Shown: positions 47,101 to 55,871, counted from the first letter of the stretch. The stretch is DNA of 57,548 bases from a virus (IMGVR_UViG_3300008107_000002); one strand, 5' to 3'. Notes: generated by a model not told the origin, from the letters alone. Made by a program: numbers and translations.

Positions 47101-50100
47101 TCTTATTATACCCTCTGCGGCAAACCCACCACCTTGATAATATGTGTTAATACGTTGTTTAGTTCCGTTGCCTGAAGTTGGTGTATAGGTAAGATTTCTT
47201 ACTACAGTTAGAGCAACTTCTTTTGCATGTTCTACTGATGCAACTGTCTGTGGAATTTGACCTTCAATATAACTTCTAGCACCTTTCCAGTACGTTACAC
47301 CTGCTTCAATTGATTTAGTAGTACCTCCTAGAATTAAATCTTGAGATACTGCATCAATGATTAGTCCTGCATCTCTGCTACATTTTTCTCTATTATATTT
47401 GAAAGCATAAAATTGATTTACGTAGGCAACTGTTTCAGCTTGAATAAATTCACGATTAGCTGACAAAATAAATCCTGCATTAATTTTATTAGTAGATGTT
47501 GATCGAGTAACATTAATAGGTGTTTTTGCACCAGCAACGCTTGGTCCATTTTCTATAATATTTGTAATTATATCGACTTTACCAACGGCTGTAGCAATAG
47601 TAGAAGTATCATTTGTATTCATGTCAAATACTTGTAATACATCGCTCTGATATCTCTCTACTGGTACTCCCCTAATAATATTAGGTACAATACTTCTTAT
47701 ACGATTAAAGGCTGCAATAGTACCAGTAGTTTGACCATATATTGCGCTACTACTTGCACTATAGCCGTAATAATAAACACCTGATTGAATAGATTGACGA
47801 TTGCCACCGTATAATAAGTCAAACGACACGCTGTCTACAATGTATCCGATATCTCTAAAACAAAGTTCTTGATCGTAAGTATACCCCGGATCGTTATTAG
47901 CTTTCCAATATTCTACCCAGCGAACAACTTCTTGCTGAATGTATGTTCTATTAGCCTGTAATAGATTAAATGCGTCTAGATCATCATTTTTAAATGATGG
48001 TTCTAATCTGTTAGGTATAATTTTATCAGTTACGCCAACAATACCGTTTGTAATTATATCAATAATAGTGTCAAATTTTTCATAGATGGCAGCAACTTGA
48101 CTTTGTGTTGCCATTGGCATGTTTACAATCTGTGTACCTGTTGAGAATCTAGGAACAGATGTATTAAGCATTACAACTTTGCCTGCTATCTCTTTTGCAA
48201 AAGAAATAGCCGCTGTGGTTGTGCTTACTTGGCCAGCAATCTGTCCAGTGTATACATTGTTCTGATTCCAATATTGCAAACCACTAAATGTACTTTGACT
48301 TGTTGAGTCAAACATTAAATCTTGTACAATTGCGTCAACAATTAGCCCAGAATCTCTAAAACATTTTTCTTCGTTGTAAGCATATTGTCTAAAATACTTT
48401 TGATTAATTCTAGAAACAACTTCTTCTTTAATAAATTCTCTGTTTGCCTGTAAGATATTCCAGGCTCTAAAAGTAAGAGGATTAGTCGAAGCGGTAAGCG
48501 GTACTGGACGTTTTGCAGGAGCTGCCGCTGGACCGTTAGTAATAATATTAATGATATTGTTAATATAACTAGTCAATGCTGTAGCTTCTGTAGCAGATGC
48601 GGCAGGTAACGATGTGTCTTGTGCAACAATAGTTTGTGTTCTTACTACAGGGATATTTTGTATAATATTACTTACAATATTTGTTAGTGTACTGTAAGCA
48701 TCTAACGTTTGCGGAATTTCGTTTTTAATTGCACTGTCGCTTCCGTTAAAGTCGTAATAGTATACACCACTTTGAATAGCCATTCTATTGCCGCCGTGTA
48801 ACAAATCAAAACATACTGAATCAATCATGAATCCAACGTCACGTTCGCATTTTGCTGTATCGTAAGCAAATCCTGTTGTTTTATTTTGTTCAACGAATGC
48901 AATAGCTTCTGTTTGAATGTAAGATCTATTTGCAACAAGTAAATTATATGCATTCCATACGCTTACCCTAGAACTAGTTGTGGCACTATTTGGTATAACT
49001 CTATCAGTAACTCCAGTTGTTCCATTGATAATAATGTCAAGAATTGTAGTAAATTCTGATTTAATAAAATCAGCTTCTACATACGATCCAGGGTGTGTTG
49101 TTCGAGCTGTTTGAGTTGCCACTCCTTGGTAACGGACACCTGTTGTAACATTTTGTACAATTTCCTGTGCCAACAAACTTACATATTTGATAGCATTTGT
49201 TGTTGTACTCAGCTCGTTAGCAATTTCTCCAGTATAACTAGATTGATTCCAATATTGCAAACCGGCAAATGTACTTTGAGACTTGTAAGTATTGTCGGGA
49301 TATGTTAAATCAATTCCAATACTGTCAATAATAATTCCTAAATCTCTTTTACATTTTGCTGTAGAATAATTAATATTAGAATAATTATAGTCTGTCCATG
49401 CAGTTACTTCATTTTGAATAAACGACCTGTTGTCTTGTAATAACGTTTCTGCACTTATAGTTTGTTGGTCTGGGCCAGAACTCTTATAAATTGCCGGTGC
49501 AACTGCGGGGCCGTTAAGAATAATATTAGTAACTATATTAATATTTCTAGCAAACGCAGGGCCTGCAATAGCACCACCTTTTAGGTTGTAATTATAAACT
49601 TGAGGAATAGTAGCTGGACCATAAATTGTTGCAGAAGAATTAACTATAACTCGTTGTGTAAGACTGTTTATATAATTAATTGCTTCAAGAGTTTGTCTTT
49701 CTTGTCCAGCAATAAGACTGATAACACCTTGATAGTACGCTAATCCACTCTCAACAGATTTTTCATTGCCGCCAAATGTTGTGTCGTATGATATATTTTC
49801 TAAAATAATTCCTACGTCTCTATGACATTTTGCTCTACTGTATTTGAAATCATACCAATAAGATGTTGCAGTTGAGTTTACAATTTGATACGTAATATAA
49901 TTAATTACTTGATCTTGAATAAAAGATTTGTTTGCTAAAATAAGTGTTCTAGCATCAAAAAATCCAAGATTTTGTGGGCCTGCATTGATACTATCACCTA
50001 CTGAAATAGTTCCAGTAGTCATGCTTATAGTAAGAGATGTTGCACCAGCTGGCCAAGAACCAATACCTACGCCGCTTGGAATCTGCACTGTTTGATTAGG

Positions 50101-51231
50101 AGCAAACATTGTACCATCTTTTAACCACGGACCTGATTGATTAGTACAGTTCTGAATATATGGTGAGTGGAATACATCAATCTTTTTTCCGTCAACTAAT
50201 GGAGGGAATGCTGTTGCATATGCCCCTCTATTATAACCACTAGAATTTTCAATAGGTAATAGACCACTACGTCCGTTACTCATTTGTAGCTGGGCAATAT
50301 AGCAACCAGACTGTACGTGAAATAAATCTTGTGTTTTATTTAGAGGTTCAATAAATGTAGTACGTAAGTCGCTTCCAATAATACTAGTGTTAGGTAACAT
50401 TAATACTGGATTGTTTTCGTAGAACCTGCCTGGAGCAACCTTAATACTAGTGCCAGGTGCATACAGCGGACTCTTTGTTGCTCCACTTACTGTGCGACAA
50501 GCACGAGTTGGATCCATAGCAGAGCCATCGTTTGTATCACTACCATCCATTGTTACATATAAAATATTTGTAACAATTGGTGCAGTTCCTAATGGTTTGT
50601 TAGGACTGTTAACTCTTATTTGACCGTTAATTTCTAATAGGCCGCCTGCTGGATTAATTTCTATATTTCCAGAAGTACTGGTCAATGCGTTACTTACTAG
50701 AGTATCAACGTAGGCTTTGGCCCAATTTGCATCTGGTCCGCCAAGGTTATATCTTTTATCAATTGCAGGAATTATATCACTATCAACTTCGGCAAGTACA
50801 CGAAGTTTATCAGTAGGAACGTTACCTAATTCAATGTTTCCATCTGCCGAAATATTTCCAGTTGCATGTAAGCTACCGTAGACTGTTGTATCTGCAAATA
50901 AATTAATATCATCGCCGCCTACTGGGGCAATATTTACTGGACCTGTTACACTAGAAATAGTGTTTGTTGAGATAAAGATCTTACCAATAGTACCAACACC
51001 GGTACCACTATCATTATTGGTTTGAACAATGCGTAAAACATCCCCGTTGATTGTTCCTTTAACATCTAAAGGAAATAATGGTGTATCTTTTCTTATACCT
51101 ACACGGGTATTTGTAACATCAAGATATAAAACTGGTTCTTCAGTACTATTGATATTATAAAATGCTAATGGGACATTATCACGGAATAAGTTCCTTGCCA
51201 ATAACGGACCTGATATGCGACCTACAGCCAT
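44173..51231 (-). CDS. giant virion protein: pectin-lyase-like beta-helix interrupted by helical CxRD repeats
   Basis: 2352 aa; YVTMDGSDTNDG, IKVAPGRFYE, GSDLR, SPYIQNCT and FTQVNQGG.G...NNGYAQLVS; TATAAATA promoter and GAGGAG RBS. Confidence 0.75.
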   Translation of the reverse strand: MAVGRISGPLLARNLFRDNVPLAFYNINSTEEPVLYLDVTNTRVGIRKDTPLFPLDVKGTINGDVLRIVQTNNDSGTGVGTIGKIFISTNTISSVTGPVNIAPVGGDDINLFADTTVYGSLHATGNISADGNIELGNVPTDKLRVLAEVDSDIIPAIDKRYNLGGPDANWAKAYVDTLVSNALTSTSGNIEINPAGGLLEINGQIRVNSPNKPLGTAPIVTNILYVTMDGSDTNDGSAMDPTRACRTVSGATKSPLYAPGTSIKVAPGRFYENNPVLMLPNTSIIGSDLRTTFIEPLNKTQDLFHVQSGCYIAQLQMSNGRSGLLPIENSSGYNRGAYATAFPPLVDGKKIDVFHSPYIQNCTNQSGPWLKDGTMFAPNQTVQIPSGVGIGSWPAGATSLTISMTTGTISVGDSINAGPQNLGFFDARTLILANKSFIQDQVINYITYQIVNSTATSYWYDFKYSRAKCHRDVGIILENISYDTTFGGNEKSVESGLAYYQGVISLIAGQERQTLEAINYINSLTQRVIVNSSATIYGPATIPQVYNYNLKGGAIAGPAFARNINIVTNIILNGPAVAPAIYKSSGPDQQTISAETLLQDNRSFIQNEVTAWTDYNYSNINYSTAKCKRDLGIIIDSIGIDLTYPDNTYKSQSTFAGLQYWNQSSYTGEIANELSTTTNAIKYVSLLAQEIVQNVTTGVRYQGVATQTARTTHPGSYVEADFIKSEFTTILDIIINGTTGVTDRVIPNSATTSSRVSVWNAYNLLVANRSYIQTEAIAFVEQNKTTGFAYDTAKCERDVGFMIDSVCFDLLHGGNRMAIQSGVYYYDFNGSDSAIKNEIPQTLDAYSTLTNIVSNIIQNIPVVRTQTIVAQDTSLPAASATEATALTSYINNIINIITNGPAAAPAKRPVPLTASTNPLTFRAWNILQANREFIKEEVVSRINQKYFRQYAYNEEKCFRDSGLIVDAIVQDLMFDSTSQSTFSGLQYWNQNNVYTGQIAGQVSTTTAAISFAKEIAGKVVMLNTSVPRFSTGTQIVNMPMATQSQVAAIYEKFDTIIDIITNGIVGVTDKIIPNRLEPSFKNDDLDAFNLLQANRTYIQQEVVRWVEYWKANNDPGYTYDQELCFRDIGYIVDSVSFDLLYGGNRQSIQSGVYYYGYSASSSAIYGQTTGTIAAFNRIRSIVPNIIRGVPVERYQSDVLQVFDMNTNDTSTIATAVGKVDIITNIIENGPSVAGAKTPINVTRSTSTNKINAGFILSANREFIQAETVAYVNQFYAFKYNREKCSRDAGLIIDAVSQDLILGGTTKSIEAGVTYWKGARSYIEGQIPQTVASVEHAKEVALTVVRNLTYTPTSGNGTKQRINTYYQGGGFAAEGIIRSFDIITKIMRDGPEAAPQSYVGSGLFADTGISNNDTKLAPKVTAISAFTYDENLCRRDASYIVDGVYYDAVLGTNYNAVLNGLAYQRGTASIALLRATELSQTITAFTYLKDQAATLMSTSPLAAARADNSFAELLRIVDGNTAPVIIFANPTGGVAGKIAAKNQLVANKEFLKAETIAWIENQIEYNIAPFSSNFVFNKTRYARDVGFIVDALCYDILYGGNSGSRFNAMLLFTDTGASVIAGETSQVVAAFNHLSNVAQSVIQGINVIPTYGNELGQRADGEDATATEATTLSALVDIITGAITDGNLSNLPAKEDPGTNWVPAGIVNAAGAFSSVKATLINEMIAYINSFPAGQYLIELDKPTIGPAVNATLYFGQTLVFPKLDAEFTPQQAIDWGQRMVDPTGSMGGSLVDGAVVSERSPINSFVYDAFTQVNQGGRGIHIINNGYAQLVSVFTVFCSIAVEVGNGGIASITNSNSNFGDFCLVAKGKGKLDFQGTVYNPSYPTLAQSGGLTENGQYYPNGFWPQNAEMLAFIPDTTYRPHIGLVMEVVPPKYYLQDTTGAGNFVETLYTNDQGLPGFLTAAANMATLTTGSIKITNIVTDGVAIGQTVYIRDQFGSFVDTNGVMYATTGTLVTDVNYQSITLSVALTSGGGEVDNPNFFTILTCGNAYYNVLSSSITSNPITVGNSMLPDVPGALHKLAEKEALEFMTQLVINVVANNTIIAGNTVGVIQNKVNDSGAAANSFISDRFNDILTIFNDGVGSAPTIRKTGQSPPQASQAIAQLRANKEFIVAEVTHYAVSRNTYTMTVSQTYKCKRDTALIIDRLILDLTNGGNYNAVMSGLSYWSRAGTYHKISLEDQVRNPLLFPDGSTINFYQRSYMSALGYTFEYVGAGTNYGSLPQVGRADPIQSREVVQIDNGKVFFTSTDQNGDFRIGPGLVISQATGVLSGRTFTKSLFAQMTPFILAVEAGG

Positions 51232-51330
51232 TTGTGCTCCTCAACAAGGGTATTTCACCCTAGAACCACCTTACATTGCGGGTTTACCACAGTTATTTCT
51301 GCCAATCATTAGGCATCGAACTTATTTATA
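51232..51330 (-). promoter_or_regulatory. late promoter TATAAATA (51330-51323) and structured 5' leader
   Basis: Perfect T4 late consensus; about 85-nt leader with three short hairpins. Confidence 0.65.
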
Positions 51331-51351
51331 CCAAAGTAAATTTTATGCGGA

Positions 51352-51879
51352 TTAAGGAGTCGGGAACGGAGGGAAATAACCGTCAAATCCTAACAGGGCA
51401 GTTACACGCTTATTTGGTGGTGCGCTTGAAAATACAATTGAAACTGTTCCCCCAGTGCCTTGCACTAGAGTATAATTAAGAACAGGTATTTGATAAACGT
51501 TTTCAACAAAGACTAAAATATTTTGAGGATCACTGAAATTAGTATACTGATCACCGGTAGAATAGTTCAATGGTCCGAAGACAGTTTTTGTGTAATCTCC
51601 ATCTCCTAAATTTTGCACAGTAATAGGAGCAGGTCTTACAGTTCTTATCTTTTCCCATCCCCTACCAGGGCTAGTTCCGTTATATACTTCATATTCATTA
51701 ATATCACTATTATAACGAATAGTACCATTTTCATTTATTATTGGTCGTGACCCGTCACCGCCGACTGGCAAAGTAAGTCCTACATTTGTATCAGTAACAA
51801 TCCTATCGTCCGCTAGAACTGCCCAGCGATTGCTCATTACATTATTATTATCTAGTGGTAATCTTTTAATGAATTTCAT
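51352..51879 (-). CDS. virion structural protein
   Basis: LTLPVG...RP...NGTIRYNSD...EVY module and ILVFVENVYQIP..NYT (baseplate-wedge-type module). Confidence 0.65.
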   Translation of the reverse strand: MKFIKRLPLDNNNVMSNRWAVLADDRIVTDTNVGLTLPVGGDGSRPIINENGTIRYNSDINEYEVYNGTSPGRGWEKIRTVRPAPITVQNLGDGDYTKTVFGPLNYSTGDQYTNFSDPQNILVFVENVYQIPVLNYTLVQGTGGTVSIVFSSAPPNKRVTALLGFDGYFPPFPTP

Positions 51880-51880
51880 A

Positions 51881-52210
51881 TTAAATTTGTACCGAACTTA
51901 CCGTTGCACACACTATATCGCCGACTGCTAGTGGATCTACTTTAGCAAATATTTTATCACCACCGCCTAAAATTAATTTTTCAGAATCCATTACAAACGT
52001 TTCGCCTGCTGGAATTTTTACAGATTTAAGAATTTGTGTAGCTTGAGATGGAACACCACCGTTAGGTACTGCAAACAAATTAAGTTCAGCATCAGCAAGT
52101 TCATCTGTATTACAGAATATTATTGTTGTAATTGCATATTCTGTACCGGTGTTAGCTATAAAAATAGGAGTAGTTGCGGCAGAACTTAAAAGTGTTGTTG
52201 AAATAGCCAT
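51881..52210 (-). CDS. small virion protein
   Basis: 109-aa beta-sandwich-like protein with IPAGETF..DSEKLIL..GDKI. Confidence 0.65.
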   Translation of the reverse strand: MAISTTLLSSAATTPIFIANTGTEYAITTIIFCNTDELADAELNLFAVPNGGVPSQATQILKSVKIPAGETFVMDSEKLILGGGDKIFAKVDPLAVGDIVCATVSSVQI

Positions 52211-52221
52211 TTGTTAAAACC

Positions 52222-53244
52222 TTAAAAAATTATTCCGTAAATTATTGCACGTTTTCTGCTTACTAATTCGTCGGCTTGTTCTGTATTTACAAAATATAAT
52301 CCAGTTCCGCCACCACCTATAGTTGCCGTAGAATAAACTTGCGTCTTTCCTTGAACTGCATCTCCCGGAGTGCTGTTTGTCAAACTTAATACAGAATTAA
52401 CTATAAACGTACCTGTAGAATTTGGAGTTACAGAAATATTAACACTTCCGCTGTATTGATTAGTTCTTATTTCAGTGTCGTTAAGTGTAAGTCCGTTGAA
52501 AATAGCCTCTTGGCCTTCTAATTGTAAAACTACATTGGTAGTAGTTCCTAAAGATACAACAACTTTATCAGACACATTATAGTAGGGATCTGAAGGAACA
52601 ACAACGTTTGACCTTAATTCAATTTGAGTTTCGCCTACTTTTAATTTTCTTGCTAATTCATTTCCGTTAAAAAATCTATCATCGACATATTTTTTATTTG
52701 GAATATCATCATCGTCTAATACATGTTGTTCGTAATCTGTTGTTCCCTTTACATTAATAACTGCTAAAGGATTGTCTTGACCAAATATATTAAAAGAATT
52801 AGAATTTGCACCAACTCGAATTGCGGCCATTCTAACAGCGGTTGGCGATCGTTCTAAATTTCCACTACCGACTGCGGCTTCCCATATTCCTCTAAAAGAT
52901 GTATTGTTATCATAGCTCCAATACACTGTGTCGTCGTACAACAATGTTGCCGCATTGGTAAGTGTAGAAATTGATCCTCTAGAAACTGCGATACCAGCTG
53001 TTCCTAGTGTTACATAATCGTTTGTTTCTCCGCTATTAAGAATTAAGATATTATCAAGAATATTAGTATTAGTGCTATTAATATAGGTGGTTGAACCAAT
53101 GACGTTGAGATCGCCATAAATTGTAACAGTTCCGGTATTGGCGGCACGCAAGGTAGATGTAGTTGTCACATCAATAACAACTCCACCTGACCTTGCAACT
53201 ATTTGATAATCGCCGGGTACGCGGACAACACTAGTAGTTCCCAT
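52222..53244 (-). CDS. virion / tail fibre-related protein
   Basis: VTIYGDLNVIGSTTYINSTNTNILDNILILNSGE fibre motif and DDDIPNKKYVD; TAAATA at 53265-53260. Confidence 0.65.
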   Translation of the reverse strand: MGTTSVVRVPGDYQIVARSGGVVIDVTTTSTLRAANTGTVTIYGDLNVIGSTTYINSTNTNILDNILILNSGETNDYVTLGTAGIAVSRGSISTLTNAATLLYDDTVYWSYDNNTSFRGIWEAAVGSGNLERSPTAVRMAAIRVGANSNSFNIFGQDNPLAVINVKGTTDYEQHVLDDDDIPNKKYVDDRFFNGNELARKLKVGETQIELRSNVVVPSDPYYNVSDKVVVSLGTTTNVVLQLEGQEAIFNGLTLNDTEIRTNQYSGSVNISVTPNSTGTFIVNSVLSLTNSTPGDAVQGKTQVYSTATIGGGGTGLYFVNTEQADELVSRKRAIIYGIIF

Positions 53245-53269
53245 ATTCTTCCTTTTTAATATTTATCGA

Positions 53270-54370
53270 TTATTGTAGTATTGCAGATCCAGTATTACTA
53301 AACCGGTATCCGTCCCACGCCCAAAATGTTTGTGTAGATCTAACAGCATAAGCAGACCCCATAGAATAAGATGCATTGGGATTAAATCGAACATCCAGAG
53401 GTAGTTGGTCAGGAGTATCGACCACTCCTAACAATTTTGTTATTGTAATAATTTGGACTCCAGGCCAGAATGTAGATGTAGTTGCTGTAGCAGACGAGTC
53501 ATTTATAACAGTATTTGTTGAGGTAGAAACAACACGGGTACTTGTATTATCAAAAATGGTAAAAATTCCTGTTGATCCAAGATACTGTCCGATATCTGCG
53601 GGGGGAATTGGTTCTTTAGGACCAAATCCAGTATCACCGTCTTCACCCCATTTTGGCGGTGCGGTGTTTCTGGGACCGGCACCAGTGTCTTGAGTGCCCG
53701 AACTGTCTTGTCCCGATAACACCTCCTCCCCATCTATGTAACCAATAGCTAGGTCTCCTTTAAAAAACTCATCGATTAATCGAATAGCAACATATTCAAT
53801 CATTGGAGTAGTAGAATGTGGAATTGTATTATTACTTTTAAATCTTAATCCTATTCCGAAAGATGGGTCAGAAATACACGATTTAAGCCAACTTAAATTT
53901 GCAGTGGATGTGTTAAGATCTTGAATTGTTATCCCCCAATATGGAGTTTCGTCAGTAATCCATTGTGAAAGTTTGTTTACACGTTTAATGGAATCCATAT
54001 TATCACTGGCTTTGTTTAAACCTATCCACTTGTTATTCCATCTTAATTGAATAGTATCTTCCATTACGCGACCACCGGTATTCATTACTATCTTAACTTC
54101 TATGCCGTATAACAATCTCGGAATATTAAAATTAAATCCAGTGCAATACAAATAATTTGTTTTGTTTAATCTTGGACCGGTAAACGAATTTACTACATGT
54201 GCTACCGGCGACATAGTTTTAACATGTCCTTTATCGTAAGATTTAATAAGCCAAAAATCTCCTGTGTTATCCCATGGTATGTGTGCTGGATCTTCAGCTA
54301 CCTGTGTAACTACCGTAGGAAGGCACCATCCTGTACCATTAAATTCATATCCAGATATGTCTATACGCAT
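53270..54370 (-). CDS. hypothetical virion protein
   Basis: 366 aa; beta-sandwich-like N-terminal half and Ser/Thr-rich linker. Confidence 0.55.
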   Translation of the reverse strand: MRIDISGYEFNGTGWCLPTVVTQVAEDPAHIPWDNTGDFWLIKSYDKGHVKTMSPVAHVVNSFTGPRLNKTNYLYCTGFNFNIPRLLYGIEVKIVMNTGGRVMEDTIQLRWNNKWIGLNKASDNMDSIKRVNKLSQWITDETPYWGITIQDLNTSTANLSWLKSCISDPSFGIGLRFKSNNTIPHSTTPMIEYVAIRLIDEFFKGDLAIGYIDGEEVLSGQDSSGTQDTGAGPRNTAPPKWGEDGDTGFGPKEPIPPADIGQYLGSTGIFTIFDNTSTRVVSTSTNTVINDSSATATTSTFWPGVQIITITKLLGVVDTPDQLPLDVRFNPNASYSMGSAYAVRSTQTFWAWDGYRFSNTGSAILQ

Positions 54371-54377
54371 TATTTTT

Positions 54378-55199
54378 TTACCAATTTAATAATTTAACAA
54401 CAGTAGTTGTTAGACTAGTGTCTGTTCCATTAGCTTCTACAAAAGTCCATTTGGCTCTGTCATTTGTGTTGTAGATAAAAGGACCTAGGCCAGACAATTG
54501 TTTTCTATAAAGTGTTACATTATGTAATTGTATTTTAGTAACCCAGTAGACATTTTTGTTTGAATCTTCTGCAAATATGGAGCACGTTCCTGTTGTTATT
54601 GTTCCTGTTGTAAGAACACACACGCCTTTGCTTATTTTTGTTTTTAAGTGAAATTTCTTATCACTTATCTGTTTAACTATATCAGCAGGATACGAAACAT
54701 TGGTTATAGGTTGACCAGATATTAATGGTTCAGGCGGAATAGCATATACTCCTATTGCGTTTGGAGTAATATTTCTTAATTGTGTTTCAAATACTGCACG
54801 TTGTTGAACTGGTTGATTTACATAATCCCAAGCTAAATTTATTGTAGGCGGTTGTATATAACCTGATCCCTTGTCAAACCAATATACTGAGTCTGGATCA
54901 ACGCCGCCGTTACGCATACTGATACCCATCTGTCCATAAGCTGCTACTCCACCAGGTAACTCTGGAGTCGATGCTTCCCAATACACTGTTAGTGTTCCAG
55001 TTAAAGTCCTACCTGTTTGTATTTGCCATGCTGGATACCAGTCCATATATCCAGAACCAGTACTTACAACTTTAATATCCCATACACCTTCCCCACCTAT
55101 AAAATTGTCAGTGGCAGTAGTATTTCTTCGATATGCAGTCCACTTGTGGACATTAATTGTGTCATTGCCGAACAGGCGGCGATTTAAAGGTTTGGCCAT
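54378..55199 (-). CDS. putative head decoration protein with inserted GSGY module
   Basis: MAKPLNRRLFG start; IVKQISDKKF and YWVTKI shared with 55259..55756; TAAATA 5 nt before the ATG. Confidence 0.5.
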   Translation of the reverse strand: MAKPLNRRLFGNDTINVHKWTAYRRNTTATDNFIGGEGVWDIKVVSTGSGYMDWYPAWQIQTGRTLTGTLTVYWEASTPELPGGVAAYGQMGISMRNGGVDPDSVYWFDKGSGYIQPPTINLAWDYVNQPVQQRAVFETQLRNITPNAIGVYAIPPEPLISGQPITNVSYPADIVKQISDKKFHLKTKISKGVCVLTTGTITTGTCSIFAEDSNKNVYWVTKIQLHNVTLYRKQLSGLGPFIYNTNDRAKWTFVEANGTDTSLTTTVVKLLNW

Positions 55200-55204
55200 A
55201 TCAA

Positions 55205-55210
55205 TATTTA
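55205..55210 (-). promoter_or_regulatory. late promoter TAAATA
   Basis: TAAATA-ttgat-ATG(55199). Confidence 0.7.
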
Positions 55211-55216
55211 TTCAAT

Positions 55217-55239
55217 AAAAAACGCCCTTGCGGGCGTTT
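55217..55239 (-). terminator. intrinsic terminator with GNRA loop
   Basis: AAACGCCC-GCAA-GGGCGUUUUUU. Confidence 0.88.
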
Positions 55240-55258
55240 CTTATCTAGGTTAAATTAA

Positions 55259-55756
55259 TTAAACACCTTGAACTACTGCATAAGTTAGAGTAGCATTTGC
55301 AGTGTCAACCGCAGTTATAGTACCACTACTTACTGTTGCATAACGATAACGGTTATCGCCGTTCCAAACATATTTGTTAGTAATTCTACTGGCCCAAAAA
55401 GCAACACCAGTATTACTAATAGCCTTAATTGCCATTTGACCGGTGGTAAGTGCTGTCGTTGCAGTTACGGCTGTAAGAGTAGCCCTTGTAACTGTAGAAG
55501 TGCTAGGACTCTTTATTACAAATTGTTTTCGACCTTTTTGTGAATCGATATAACCGTCGGAATATGCAACACCGTCGGAATCTTTATACCATACTTTGAT
55601 AGTTAACGTATTAACTACATCTGGATTACCACCAACACCACCGAAGTAAACTGTTTCGTTAGTTGTTGTAGTAATTGGAACATTTATTTGCTCTGGGGTA
55701 ATTGACACATCAATTTGTGGTGAACTACCTTTTGCGATTTTCATACCTTTTGCCAT
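55259..55756 (-). CDS. putative head decoration protein
   Basis: 165 aa, Thr-rich, directly after the MCP; GYIDSQKGRKQF and FWASRITNK; AAGGAG RBS. Confidence 0.55.
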   Translation of the reverse strand: MAKGMKIAKGSSPQIDVSITPEQINVPITTTTNETVYFGGVGGNPDVVNTLTIKVWYKDSDGVAYSDGYIDSQKGRKQFVIKSPSTSTVTRATLTAVTATTALTTGQMAIKAISNTGVAFWASRITNKYVWNGDNRYRYATVSSGTITAVDTANATLTYAVVQGV

Positions 55757-55831
55757 TTTATTTCTCCTTGATTAGCGTTCTGGGCCTACGCGGTGGCGAC
55801 CGCTATAAGTTCATTTGAACATTGTTATTTA
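55757..55831 (-). promoter_or_regulatory. late promoter TAAATA (55831-55826) and GC-rich structured leader
   Basis: Leader GUUCAAAUGAAC...GCGGU-CGCC-ACCGC-GUAGGCCCAGAACGC. Confidence 0.6.
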
Positions 55832-55837
55832 TTGTGT

Positions 55838-55871
55838 AAACAAAAAGGACTCCGAAGAGTCCTTTTGTTTT
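55838..55871 (-). terminator. intrinsic terminator after the major capsid gene (cUUCGg loop)
   Basis: AAAAGGACUC-UUCG-GAGUCCUUUUUGUUU. Confidence 0.9.

Noticed and set aside
51276-51479. 67-aa plus-strand ORF across the structured leader
   Set aside because: TTG start with no RBS, antisense to a late operon; better explained as leader plus the neighbouring gene
51258-55785. Short complementarity between the two structured leaders (CCCTAGAAC versus GTTCTGGG)
   Set aside because: Only about 8 nt, imperfect and 4.5 kb apart; compatible with chance
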